Made by a program: the position numbers and the translations under genes. A DNA stretch of 64,000 nt, taken from the NCBI RefSeq assembly GCF_009914755.1, contig NC_060944.1; one strand, given 5' to 3'. This document shows, piece by piece, positions 1 through 14,388 of the stretch. Below the pieces are notes generated by a model. The model saw only the letters and a list, made by a program, of their open reading frames with translations, had not been told where the DNA came from and made no database searches. Every line of letters starts with the position of its first letter. Position 1 is the stretch's first letter. The stretch is from the human T2T-CHM13v2.0 reference genome, Homo sapiens.

Positions 1-194
1 GTTTGTGAAGGTATGCCAATTGGTAGATTTCAGCAGATGTTAAAATTGATTCAGAATATATGCTGGAGAGTTACAAATACCAATCAGCACCCTTTTATCT
101 TTGGACTGTAAAAATTGTTGTAGAAAATAGTACATTTCCAATTAGGTCAGATGATAGACTTCCGTATTAAATTTTGTTTTTGTGCATATCCAAG

Positions 195-753
195 TTCCTT
201 CCCTTCCTTCCTTCCTTCCTTCCATCTTTCCTTCCTTCCCTCTTTCCTTCCCTCTTTCCTTCCTTCCCTCCTTCCTGCCTTCCTTCCTTCCATCTTTCCA
301 TCCTTCCCTCTTTCCTTCCTTCCCTTCTTCCTTCCCTCCTTCCTGCCTTCCCTCCTTCCCTTTCCTTCCTTTTCTTCCTTCCCTCTCTCCTTCCTTCCCT
401 CTCTCCTTCCTTCCTTCCCTCCCTCCCTCCTTCCCTCTCTGCTTTCCTTCCTTCCTGCCCTCCTTCCCTCTCTCCTTCCTTCTTTCATTCCTTCCTTCCC
501 TCTCTCCTTCCTTCCGTCCCTCCCTCCCTCCCTCCCTACTTCCTTCCTTCCTTCCGTCCCTACCTCCCTCCCTCCCTACTTCCTTCCTTCCCTCTCTCTT
601 TCCTTCCCTTTCTTCCCTCTCTCCTTCCTTCCTTCTCTCCTTCCTTCCCTCCTTCCTTCCTTCCCTCTCTCCTTCCTTCCCTCCTTTCTTCCCTCTCTCC
701 TTCCTTCCTTCTCTCCTTCCTTCCCTCCTTCCTTCCTTCCTTCCCTCTCCCTC
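195..753. repeat. Polypyrimidine (CCTT/CCCT/CTCT)n low-complexity repeat, ~560 bp
   Basis: Almost exclusively C/T tetranucleotide-type units; explains the six overlapping ORFs at 142-853. Confidence 0.97.
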
Positions 754-1620
754 ATTTTTTTGCCACTGGATATGGGGAAGGTTGTTCTCTTTCCCACTCA
801 TATTTATAATTTCTTTCTTTGAAACAGCCCCAAATCAGTATCTTCAGAGTTGAAGTCCTCCTTATGAGCAGATTGTGTGGTTTAAGAACCCTAGACTTAA
901 GTCAAGTTTGGATTTCTCCCTTCTCTGTGACTCAGGGGTACTGCAGGTGTCTTTTCCTATAACCCTGGGAATTAGATCTTTGTTGCAGCAGAACCATAAG
1001 TCACAGAGCGATGCAGCACAACCAGCCCACAATTCAGGGTTCGGTGGACTGAAATCATCTTCTGCTACGGCTCCATCTGGTTCTTCCAGGACTTCCCTCC
1101 CCCATTTTTATTCCTTTTAGGGTGTTGAAACTTTAGTGGTATATACATTGCCTCATAATCAGTCAAAACTCCCCTTATCCCACATCATGGATTAAAGAGA
1201 ACATTGCCAGGAGCCCTTCACTCTTCTAGAAGGACTTTATTTGATAGGTCCTTTTTCCATGGTTTAGAATAAAAGAGGTAATAACTAGAAATATCTCCCT
1301 CATAATAGGCTCTACAGCAAATTCTACTTTAAAGACTGTTGTTCGTGTCTTTAACTGTGGCTGCCCTTAATGTTTTTGTCATCCACAGACAATTTTTGTC
1401 TCATTTTGGTCCTCTTTAAATGATGGTTTTATAATCAGCTATAAAATTTAACAGATGCCCTTAAATGCAGGATTCTGATTAATAACGCTGGATATTGTGA
1501 CATTAGAATAGAGGGAAAACTTTCAAATAGAAGAGTGAATGGTGTTTGGGCTACTTTGGACTGTATTTTTATAAATATGTTATTAGTATGTGTTCCAAAA
1601 TTATTGGAAATTTCTATAGA

Positions 1621-2022
1621 AATGTAATCCCCAGTGTCAGAGATGGGGCCTGCTGGGAGGTGGCTGGTCCATGGGAGCAGTTTCCAGTGGTTCCCAGTGT
1701 TGGAGATGGGGCCTGCTGGAAGGTGGCTGGTCCATGGGAGCAGCCTCCAGTGGTTCCCACTGTCGGAGATGTGGCCTGCTGGGAGGTGGCTGGTCCATGG
1801 GAGCAGTTTCTAATGGATAAGCATAATCCCCCTAGCGCTGCTCTTGTGATAGAGTTCTCATGAGATCTTGTTGTTTAAAGTGTATAGGACCTTCCCCCTC
1901 TCTCTTCCTCCTGCTCTTGCTTTCCCTTCCACCATGATTGTTAAGTTTCCTGAGGCCTCCCCAGAAGCCGAGCAGATGTCAGCATCATGCTTGCTGTACA
2001 GGCTGTGGAACTGTGAGCCAAT
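1621..2022 (+). mobile_element. MaLR solo LTR (MST family), partial, with internal 63-bp triplication
   Basis: MST motifs tgtaatccccagtg...ggggcctg.tgggagg, ttccaccatgattg, aagtttcctgaggcctccccagaagccgagcagatg, aactgtgagccaatt. Confidence 0.85.
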
Positions 2023-2036
2023 TTTCAGTACTCTTC

Positions 2037-2735
2037 TGTTTTCTTTTTATTTTTTAAATTTTATTTTAAGTTCCAGGATACATGTGCAGGACATGCAGGT
2101 TTGTTACGTAGGTAAACGTGAACTACGATGATTTGCTGTACCTATCAACCCACTGCCTAGGTGCCTAGGTATTAAGCCTGACATGTGTTAGCTATTTATC
2201 CTGATGCTCTCCCTCCCCGTCCCCACTGACAGGCCCCAGTGTGTATTGTTCTTCTCCCTGTGTCCAGGAGTTCTCATTATTCAGCTCCCACTTATGAGTG
2301 AGAACATGTGGTGTTTGGTCTTCTGTTCCTGTATTAGTTTGCTGAAGAGGATGGTTTCCAGATTCATGCATGTCCCTGCAAAAGACATGATCTCATTCCT
2401 TTTTATGGCTGCATAGTATTCCATGGTGTGTATGCACCACATTTTCTTTATCCAGTCTATCATTGATGGGCATTTGGATTGATTCCATGTTTTTGCTAAT
2501 GGGAATAGTGCTGCTATAAACATACGCGTGCATGCATCTTTATAATAGAATGATTTATAGTCCTTTGGTTATATACCCAGTAATGGGATCTCTGGGTCAA
2601 ATGGTATTTCTGGTTCTAGATCCTTGCAGAATCGCCAAACTGTCTTCCACAATGATTGAACTAATTAACATTCCTACCAACAGTGTAAAAGTGTTTATTT
2701 CTCCACAGTCTTGCCAGCATCTGTTGTTTCTTGAC
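2037..2735 (-). mobile_element. L1 3' end fragment (older L1PA, about PA7-PA10)
   Basis: L1 3'UTR and ORF2 C-terminus (ORF 2281..2523, MFIAALF...KTWNQ). Confidence 0.88.
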
Positions 2736-6227
<3,492 letters not shown>

Positions 6228-6778
6228 TGTTTCTTGTATTTGATGATGAAAATATGTTATTGACAGGCACCCGGCCTGTTTCTTGTATTTTATTATGAAA
6301 ATCTGTTACTGACAGTAAGAGGATGGGGGCTCAGGTTAACAACAGGGTGTTAGAAAAGCAGCAGTGAAATTTTGGTTCTCAAAATATTTGATGTCTTATT
6401 CCTTTTTTTGAACATGGGTTTTGCTATAAAAGGCCAGCCATTTTGAAACTTGATTTTATTGTCATGTTCTCATTTTGAAATTTATCTTATTGTATGAATT
6501 GGCAACCGTATGTGGGAAAATTCAGTTTTGCATATTTTCAGATTATTTTCATTTTTACATCAGAGATTTTGAGCAGATGCTATACGAAAGTATTCATTTA
6601 TTTATTCAACAAAATTTAGTGCTGGTTATGTTGCAAGCACTTAGTGAACTTCATGCTGTACGTGCCTCAGATACCTTTGTGAATGTAATGACAACATCAA
6701 AGGCTTTGCCCTTATGCACCTTATAAACCTTTAATTTCAAGGCAGGTTGATGAGTGAGCATCTGCTATAACATACTTT

Positions 6779-6940
6779 CTTTTTTCTTTTTTTTTTTTTT
6801 TCAGAGACAAAGGACTTTATTACTCACAGCACAGCACACAGCATGAGCATCTTGTTTGTACTCAGTCCAGATGAATACTACACATGCAGTCGGTTTGTGT
6901 CATAATCAAAGAACTTTGTGCTTAGCAAATCTCAGTCTAT

Positions 6941-6975
<35 letters not shown>

Positions 6976-9464
6976 TTTTGGAGGGGACAGGGTCTTTTTT
7001 TTTTATTGATTATTCTTGGGTGTTTTTCATAGAGGGGGATTTGGCAGGGTCATAGGACAATAGTGGAGGGAAGGTCAGCAGATAAACAAGTGAACAAAGA
7101 AACAAGTGAACAAAGGTCTCTGGTTTTCCTAGGCAGAGGACCCTGCGGCCTTCCGCAGTGTTTGTCTCCCTGGATACTTGAGATTAGGGAGTGGTGATGA
7201 CTCTTAAGGAGCATGCTGCCTTCAAGCATCTGTTTAACAAAGCACATCTTGCACCGCCCTTAATCCATTTAACCCTGAGTGGACACAGCACATGTTTCAG
7301 AGAGCACAGGTTTGGGGGTAAGGTCACAGATCAACAGGATCCCAAGGCAGAAGAATTTTTCTTAGTACAGAACAAAATGAAAAGTCTCCCATGTCTACTT
7401 CTTTCCACACAGACACGGCAACCATCCGATTTCTCAATCTTTTCCCCACCTTTCCCCCCTTTCTATTCCACAAAACCGCCATTGTCATCATGGCCCGTTC
7501 TCAATGAGCTGTTGGGTACACCTCCCAGACTTGGTGGTGGCCAGGCAGAGGGGCTCCTCACTTCCCAGTAGGGGCGGCCGGGCAGAGGCGCCCCTCACCT
7601 CCCAGACCGGGCGGCTGGCCGGGCGGGGGGCTGACCCCACCTCCCTCCCGGACAGGGCAGCTGGCCGGGCGGGGGGCTGACCCCTCCACCTCCCTCCCGG
7701 ACGGGGAGGCTGGCCGGGTGGGGGGCTGACCCCCCACCTCCCTCCTGGACGGGGTGGCTGGCCGGACGGGGGGCTGACCCCCCCCACCTCCCTCCCAGGC
7801 AGGGCGGCTGGCCGGGCAGAGGGGCTCCTCACTTCCCAGTAGGGGTGGCCAGGGAGAGGCGCCCCTCACCTCCCGGACGAGGCAGCTGGCCGGGCAGGGG
7901 GCTGACACCCCCACCTCCCTCCCGGATGGTGCGGCTGGCCGGGTGGGGGGCTGACCCCCCCACCTCCCTCGCGGACAGGGCGGCTGGCCGGGCAGAGGGG
8001 CTCCTCACTTCCCACTAGGGGCGGCCGGGCAGAGGCGCCCCTCACCTCCCGGACAGGGCGGCTGGCCGGGCGGGCTGACCTCCCCACCTCCCGGACAGGA
8101 TGGCTGGCCGGGCAGAGGGGCTCCTCACTTCCCAGTAGGGGCGGCTGGGCAGAGGCGCCCCTCACCTCCCGGACGGGGCGGCTGGCCGGGCGGGGGGCTG
8201 ACCCCCCCACCTCCCTCCTGGAGGGGGCGGCTGGCCTGGCGGGGGGTTAACCACCCCACCTCCCTCCTGGATGGGGTGGCTGGCCAGGTGGGGGGCTGAT
8301 CACCCCACCTCCCTCCCAGACAAGGCGGCTGGCTGGGTGGGGGGCTGACCCCCCCACCTCCCTCCTGGACGGGGCGGCTAGCCGGGCAGAGGGGCTCCTC
8401 ACTTCCCAGTAGGGGCAGCTGGGCAGAGGCGCCTCTCACCTCCCAGACGGGGCAGCTGGCCAGGTGGGGGACTGACCCCCCCACCTCCCTCCCAGATGGG
8501 GCGGCTGGCCTGGCGGGGGCTGACCCCCACCTCCCTCCCGGATGGGGTGGCTGCCGGGCAGAGACGCTCCTCACTTCCCAGATGGGGTGGCTGCCAGGCG
8601 GAGGGGCTCCTCACTTCTCAGACGGGGTGGCTGCCGGGCGGAGGGGCTCCTCACTTCTCAGACAGGGCGGTTGCCAGGCGGAGGGTCTCCTCACTTCTCA
8701 GACAGGGCAGCTGGGCAGAGACGCTCCTCACCTCCCAGACGGGCTCGCGGCTGGGCAGAGGCGCTCCTCACATCCCAGACGGGGCGGCGGGGCAAAGGCG
8801 CTCCCCACATCTCAGATGATGGGCGGCCGGGCAGAGACGCTCCTCACTTCCTAGATGGGATGGCGGCCGGGCAGAGACGCTCCTCACTTTCCAGACTGGG
8901 CAGCCAGGCAGAGGGACTCCTCACGTCCCAGGCGATGGGCAGCCAGGCAGAGACGCTCCTCACTTCCCAGACGGGGTGGCGGCCGGGCAGAGGCTGCACT
9001 CTCAGCACTTTGGGAGGCCAAGGCAGGTGGCTGGGAGGTGGAGGTTGTAGCGAGCCGAGATCACGCCACTGCACTCCAGCCTGGGCACCATTGAGCACTG
9101 AGTGAACCAGACACCGTCTGCAATCCCGGCACCTCCGGAGGCCGAGGCTGGCAGATCACTCGCGGTTAGGAGCTGGAGACCAGCCCGGCCAACACAGCAA
9201 AACCCCGTCTCCACCAAAAAAATACGAAGACCAGTCAGGCGTGGTGGCGTGTGCCTGCAATGGCAGGCACTCGGCAGGCTGAGGCAGGAGAATCAGGCAG
9301 GGAGGTTGCAGTGAGCCGAGATGGCAGCAGTACAGTCCAGCTTCGGCCTGGCATCAGAGGGAGACCGTGGAAAGAGAGGGAGAGGGAGACCGTGGCGAGA
9401 GGGAGAGGGAGGCCATGGCGAGGGGAGAAGGAGAGGGAGAGGGAGAGGGAGAGGGAGAGGGAGC
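6779..9464 (-). mobile_element. Full-length SVA retrotransposon (6995-9464) with 3'-transduced flank (6802-6994) and second poly(A) (6779-6801)
   Basis: Minus strand: CCCTCT hexamers (~9365-9463), Alu-like domain (~8995-9350), GC-rich VNTR (~7520-8990), SINE-R (~7005-7520). TSD AACATACTTT at 6769-6778 and 9465-9474. Confidence 0.96.
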
Positions 9465-10222
9465 AACATACTTTGTCATTTAATTCACCATTATTTGGGT
9501 ATACCTTATATTAAAGTGATTATTAAAAACTGGAAAATATTTAACACATCTTCATCTTGCCTCTTTCCTTAACATATGTAGATCAAGGGAGTCACTGAGA
9601 ATCAATTTTAGAGATAGTTATAAAAATCTTAACTTTGCAACTATAACTTTGTCCTCAATGTAATAACTGGAAAAAATAATTTACGTTTCAAAGGCTTTGA
9701 TCTTTATATTTTTTTGAAAAGGAGCCTTCACCGAGATTCTTTAAAAATTCTTGCTCTGTCCTACAGTAGAGACTGATAGACTCATGGATATGGTCCTCTA
9801 ATGGATCTGTACCACCTCAGTTCTCTGATTGTCGCCCTGCTGTGGTGAAAATTAAAGCTTATTTTCATCTCATGTCTAGGATGTAGTATGTTCTTGTTGG
9901 GAAAAAATGATGTTTCTTGAGAAATAAGTGCCTTCAGTATCACTGTGTGTCACTTCATAAATATGACTAATATCTACTTTTACCAATTGCTGCAATTTGA
10001 TCCTTAAACAGCCATCTTTAAATTATACTTTTTCTTTGGTTAAAGTAATTATAATAGACATTAATTATTTTTACATAATTTTCTTATGTCGACAGCCATT
10101 CTTAGAACTAAAACTTTCAGATGTTTATATTACAAGTACAATTATTATTTATTATTATTAATGTCAGTAGCCAAATTTAATCAACTCTTCCTTTTACTTC
10201 CTTTTTTGAATCAAAATGTTAC

Positions 10223-10478
10223 AATTATACAAGCAAGAGCAACAGCTCTATATCTGGATCACTGCAGTGCCTAGAAGATACAACAGCACAATTTACAAAT
10301 CCAAATTTCCAGGAAGTCTCTGCACATACCTCTAGTACAAAAGATGTTTCAGAGACTAGAGGGTCAGAAGGCAAAGAGAGGCAATATTCAACTCCCAGTT
10401 CAGGTCAAAAGGGAAGAAAGCCTGGTGTTGAAAGAAATCCAAGAATGACTGTGTCTGCAACTTGCTCCTTTCTGTAAA
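10223..10478 (+). pseudogene. MLLT10: Single duplicated exon of MLLT10 (AF10), unprocessed pseudogene fragment
   Basis: Frame from 10223 reads NYTSKSNSSISGSLQCLEDTTAQFTNPNFQEVSAHTSSTKDVSETRGSEGKERQYSTPSSGQKGRKPGVERNPRMTVSATCSFL*. This matches recalled AF10 ...SISGSLKRLEDTTARFTNANFQEVSAHTSSGKDVSETRGSEGK...GRKPGGGRNPGTTVSAASPFPQ. Followed by a gtattt donor-like site at 10479. Not in the ORF track because it has no ATG. Confidence 0.88.
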
Positions 10479-10967
10479 GTATTTATGGTGTTTTACTTAA
10501 AATATTTGCTCTTATGATGGTCAATAATATTAATAGTTATGCTTTGTAAAAGAATTTATTCTTTATTTATAATTAATGGATCATTCTAAGTTATTATATG
10601 TTTAGTTGCTATAGTAAGATGATGTGAAAGATTCGTTGCCTGTTAAATATTTCTGGGATCTTTGCTTTATTTTTATATTATGATCTGTGCTTCCAAAGTT
10701 GAGCTGTAATTTTATTGTTTATACAAACGTAGAATAAAGCTTAAGTTTGGGGAGAAAAATAAAAGCTAGAGTTTTCCTTTCAGCTATAGAACAGTCATTT
10801 ATTTCTATAAATGTTCTTTATGTAGCTTTCCTAGCTCCACAATATAAAAGATAAATATGGGGATCTACACAGGTCTCAGTAAATAATAGTTCTTGATTAA
10901 TAATGCATTTATTATAAAGCTTGCAGTTTAAAGTAGAATTTTGCTCAGCCTACATATCTTTTATGGT

Positions 10968-11142
10968 CAGGCTGCTATAATTATGTAATACCTAGTTAAA
11001 TTTCAATTTCAGATAAACAAGGAATAATATTTTAGTATAAGCATGTCCCAAATATTGCATAGGATATACTTACACTAAAAAAAGTATTTGTTTATCTGAA
11101 ATTTCAAATTAACTGGGCATGCTATATTTTCTGTGACAACCT
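10968..11142. mobile_element. MER53 palindromic DNA transposon (MITE)
   Basis: Inverted arms cctagttaaatttcaatttcagataaacaa / ttgtttatctgaaatttcaaattaactggg around gtcccaaatattgcataggatatac. Confidence 0.75.
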
Positions 11143-11231
11143 GTTTTATAGAGAACAGAGTAAGTTAGCTAAATTTTAGAATACTTAACCCTAACCTGGT
11201 GTTCTAGGTCTTTCCTTTTTCTAATTATTAT

Positions 11232-11730
11232 TTGGAATCAGGGTCGTGCTCCATCACCCAGGCTGGAGTGCAGTGGCATAATCACAGTGCCCTGCAGCCT
11301 TGAGCTTCCGGGCTCAAGTGATTCTGGCACCTCTGCCTTTGCCTCCCAAGTAGCTAGTACCACAGGTACGTGCGCCCAGCTAAATTTTTTCTTTTCTCAT
11401 AGACACAGGGTCTCAGGCTGGCCTGGAACTCCTGGGCTCAAGCAATCCTCCCACCTCTGCCTTCACTTCCCAAATAGCTGAGACCACAGGCACAAGCCAC
11501 CACCATATCCAGCTTATTTTTTATCGGTTGGTGCAAGGGTAATTGCGGGTTTTGCCATTGAAAGTAATGGCAAAACCCGCAATTACTTTTTGCACCACGC
11601 TAATAATTTTTTGTGGAGACAGGGTCTTGCCCTGTTGTCTAGGCTGGTTTCCAACTCCTGGGCTCGAGTGACCCTCCTGCCTTGGCCTCTAAAAGTTCTG
11701 GGATTACAGAGGGGAGCCACTGCACCAAGC
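11232..11730 (-). mobile_element. Composite three-arm AluJ-type element interrupted by MADE1
   Basis: AluJ-like arms (ctcctgggctcaag) at ~11232-11385, ~11400-11515 and ~11606-11730. Confidence 0.75.
11524..11603. mobile_element. MADE1 (Hsmar1-derived 80-bp MITE)
   Basis: ggttggtgcaa..gtaattgcgggttttgccatt-gaaagt-aatggcaaaacccgcaattactttttgcacca; TA dinucleotides on both sides. Confidence 0.93.
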
Positions 11731-12834
11731 TACTTTGTATAATTTTTAACATAAACATAAATATTTTGAGAAATAGAAATGTTAAAACCATTGGAGGAAA
11801 ATATATTGCAAAGTATACAATAGAAAAAAAATCAAACAAAATACAACAAATACAACAAAAAATTATCAAAATTTTCAGAGGAACAAAACAAAATCTAGTT
11901 TTACAATCCTCAGAATTCAATCCCATTATATCAAAAAAATACAGAAACATATTCAAAGAAAAAGGCAATCAATAGAGACTGACTTCGAGATGACCCAGAT
12001 GTTGGAATTAGTGCGGATTTTTAAAGTAGTTATTGTAATTCTTACTAAAATCAAAACCCCAAAAACCCTTAAAATAAATGGATAGGAAATCACAGCAGAG
12101 AAGAAGAAACTACAATAATAACAAAGGCTCAAGTGGAAATTCTAGAAGTGAGAAAGTTTTCAAAATTAAAATAATCAGTTGTGTTCAGGAGCAGCTTGGA
12201 GGTGGTAAAGAGTCAATGGATCTTAAAATACAATTGAAATGATTCAATCTGAAAAATGTGAGCAGTCATAGGTTGGGGTGAGGGAGCTTTTCCTTTGGTT
12301 AGTGCTTTTAGGTAATCTTGGTTTTGATAAGATTACTAGACTGATCCATCGGGGGAATGCTAAGCCACAGTTTATCTTGGTTTCAGTAGTGCTTTAAACA
12401 AAAGTCATGATATCCTTGTATACAAGATGGAAGAAGAGTGGACCAAATGACAATATTTAGAGGCAGTCATTCTTAACCTCCGTTGCTCTCCCAGTGGTCT
12501 AGCTGGGGTTTGTATAAAGTGGAATGGGAGGAAAAGGGAAGGAGCGCCCACCTACCCTCTCCCCTTGTCCACTTGTCCTCCTTCACTAGTGGATAAATTC
12601 CACGGGAACAGGCAAGTTATTTTAAATCTGTACCTTCTGTTGTCAAGATCTGTAATCAGTTCTGCTCGCTGGACTGGGGACAGGAACCAAGGGAACATGA
12701 GGGTGAACGGGTTGATATGGAGTCGAGGAACACACTGGGCCTACATGCAGAATGTTTGTGCCAGAAAAGCCAGTCAGCAGGCAGATGGTCTCAGATACCA
12801 AGCTAGTGTTGGGAAGCAAGACTCAGTCTCTTGA

Positions 12835-13240
12835 AGGCGGTGTTCCTCATTCTGTGGTTTGTATCGCTTGCTTCAGAATGACCTGGAGTACTTGTTAAAA
12901 TGCAAATTTTGAGCCCAATCCTAGACTTCCTAGCCTGTATCTCTACGGATGGGTCTCAGTAGTCGATATTGGAAACGTGCAGGGTCCCTAGGAGATGCTT
13001 ATGCATATAGATTTGAACTGTTGTGTTTAAGGGTTAGGCAGCTGGCAAAAGCAAGGAATAGACCAAGCCCTTGGGTGGGAAGGCTCCATAACCTTGGCAC
13101 TGTTAGCATGCTGGGTGGAACAGGATTCTGCCACATGCTTCGCAGCATCCCTAGCCTCTACTCTCTAACACCACATTCCAGTTGGGAAAACCAAAAATGT
13201 CCCCTGGGAGGCAAAATAGTCACCAGTTGGGAACTGGAAC
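12835..13240. mobile_element. MER5A/MER20-like hAT-Charlie remnants
   Basis: tcagaatgacctggagtacttgttaaaatgcaaatt; ggcaaaatagtcaccagttgggaac. Confidence 0.55.
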
Positions 13241-14269
13241 CACTGCATTGTGGGATCAGAGTGGTTACTTTTTTCCCAATCCAAGGATCAGAACACACGA
13301 TGAGAGAAAGTCCAGCTATTGGAACTGGGAGTGCCAAGCTGAAGCTAGACCTACAATGAAAGCTCCAAAATCTCCTTTAAAGGGCTGATCCCATGCCTCA
13401 GCTACCCAGATTGTACAGATGCCATGTAACTCCAGATTTGGTGACAGAAGGAATTTAAAGGCTAGAACTAGATAGGGTCTTTCAGGTTAGGCCAGCACAC
13501 AATGTGGACTTTTGACATCATCCAGATGCTTGAACCAACCTCAGTCCTGAGGCAGAATTTCCCGTGGCATCTGATACACAGCCTGGCTTTGGAGCACTCA
13601 CTGGGATTAGATGACATGGGAATATTGTGTTTAGGAACTCTGAAAGAGACAGGCTTCAACGAAGCAGACCTAAGCAACACGTAGCGTCTGAACTTCTTTA
13701 TCAGCTTCCATTCCAGCCCACGAGGACAAAAGCATCACATACATATCCACTGTGGCTAACCTGTCCTCCGTAGGGAGTTTCCCCAGTACTACTCTCCCCT
13801 CTGTTCTGAGCCTACTTGCTCCTTTGTAATGTTTCCACTTTCTGTCCCACTCCCTAATAGATGATTTGTCCTCTCTGCCCAGACCCCTAGTTCTGATATT
13901 TGGATTGTCTGTGATCTGGGTAGTACTTAGGAGGCAGAATCAAAGCCTTGTTGATTGGATTTGGAGTTTCCAACTTCCTATTAAAGGCACTGATTAAGCA
14001 TCTATTGTATAAAGTAAAGTAAGATTATGATCCAGTAAGAAAGATTCCACAAGTAGCGCAGGAAGAATTGGTTTCTAGTACACTTCATGCTTCAGGACAG
14101 GAAATCCAGAAAAAAATTCTGTGATACGTTAAGTGTGTACTGTAAGTTCCATTTCCATGTGAAAAACTGTAGTTAGCCAAGGAAGTACATCCATGAAGAA
14201 TCCTGATTAAACTTGTTTAATCCTGGTTAAACTAGCTACTAGCTAAACAATAATTTCACAACAACTCAA

Positions 14270-14388
14270 GAACTCTGTAAAAGCATTTCCTCTGAATATT
14301 TTATTCAGAAAAAAAAAACACAAAAAGATAAGGCAGAAACAAAAATTCCAGTCATTTGCAGTATCTGTCGGCTTTCAATTTGGTTCTC
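14270..14388 (-). pseudogene. FRG1: FRG1 pseudogene exon 9 (stop codon and 3'UTR); acceptor reads AA instead of AG
   Basis: aacaa|G AGA ACC AAA TTG AAA GCC GAC AGA TAC TGC AAA TGA (TGA at 14352-14354). 3' end approximate. Confidence 0.9.
14300..14305 (-). terminator. Polyadenylation signal AATAAA of the FRG1 pseudogene
   Basis: tttatt on the + strand, 46 nt past the stop codon. Confidence 0.75.

Noticed and set aside
142-853. Six overlapping ORFs of 73-223 aa (EGRK- or PSFL-rich)
   Set aside because: Artefacts of the stop-free (CCTT)n repeat.
1546-1863. 105-aa ORF with a 21-aa internal repeat
   Set aside because: Translation of the 63-bp triplication in an MST LTR; no true start or gene context.
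7050-9572. Many Pro/Gly/Arg-rich ORFs and a regularly repeated array superficially like CRISPR
   Set aside because: SVA VNTR, Alu-like and SINE-R domains; tandem units without unique spacers, and no cas genes.
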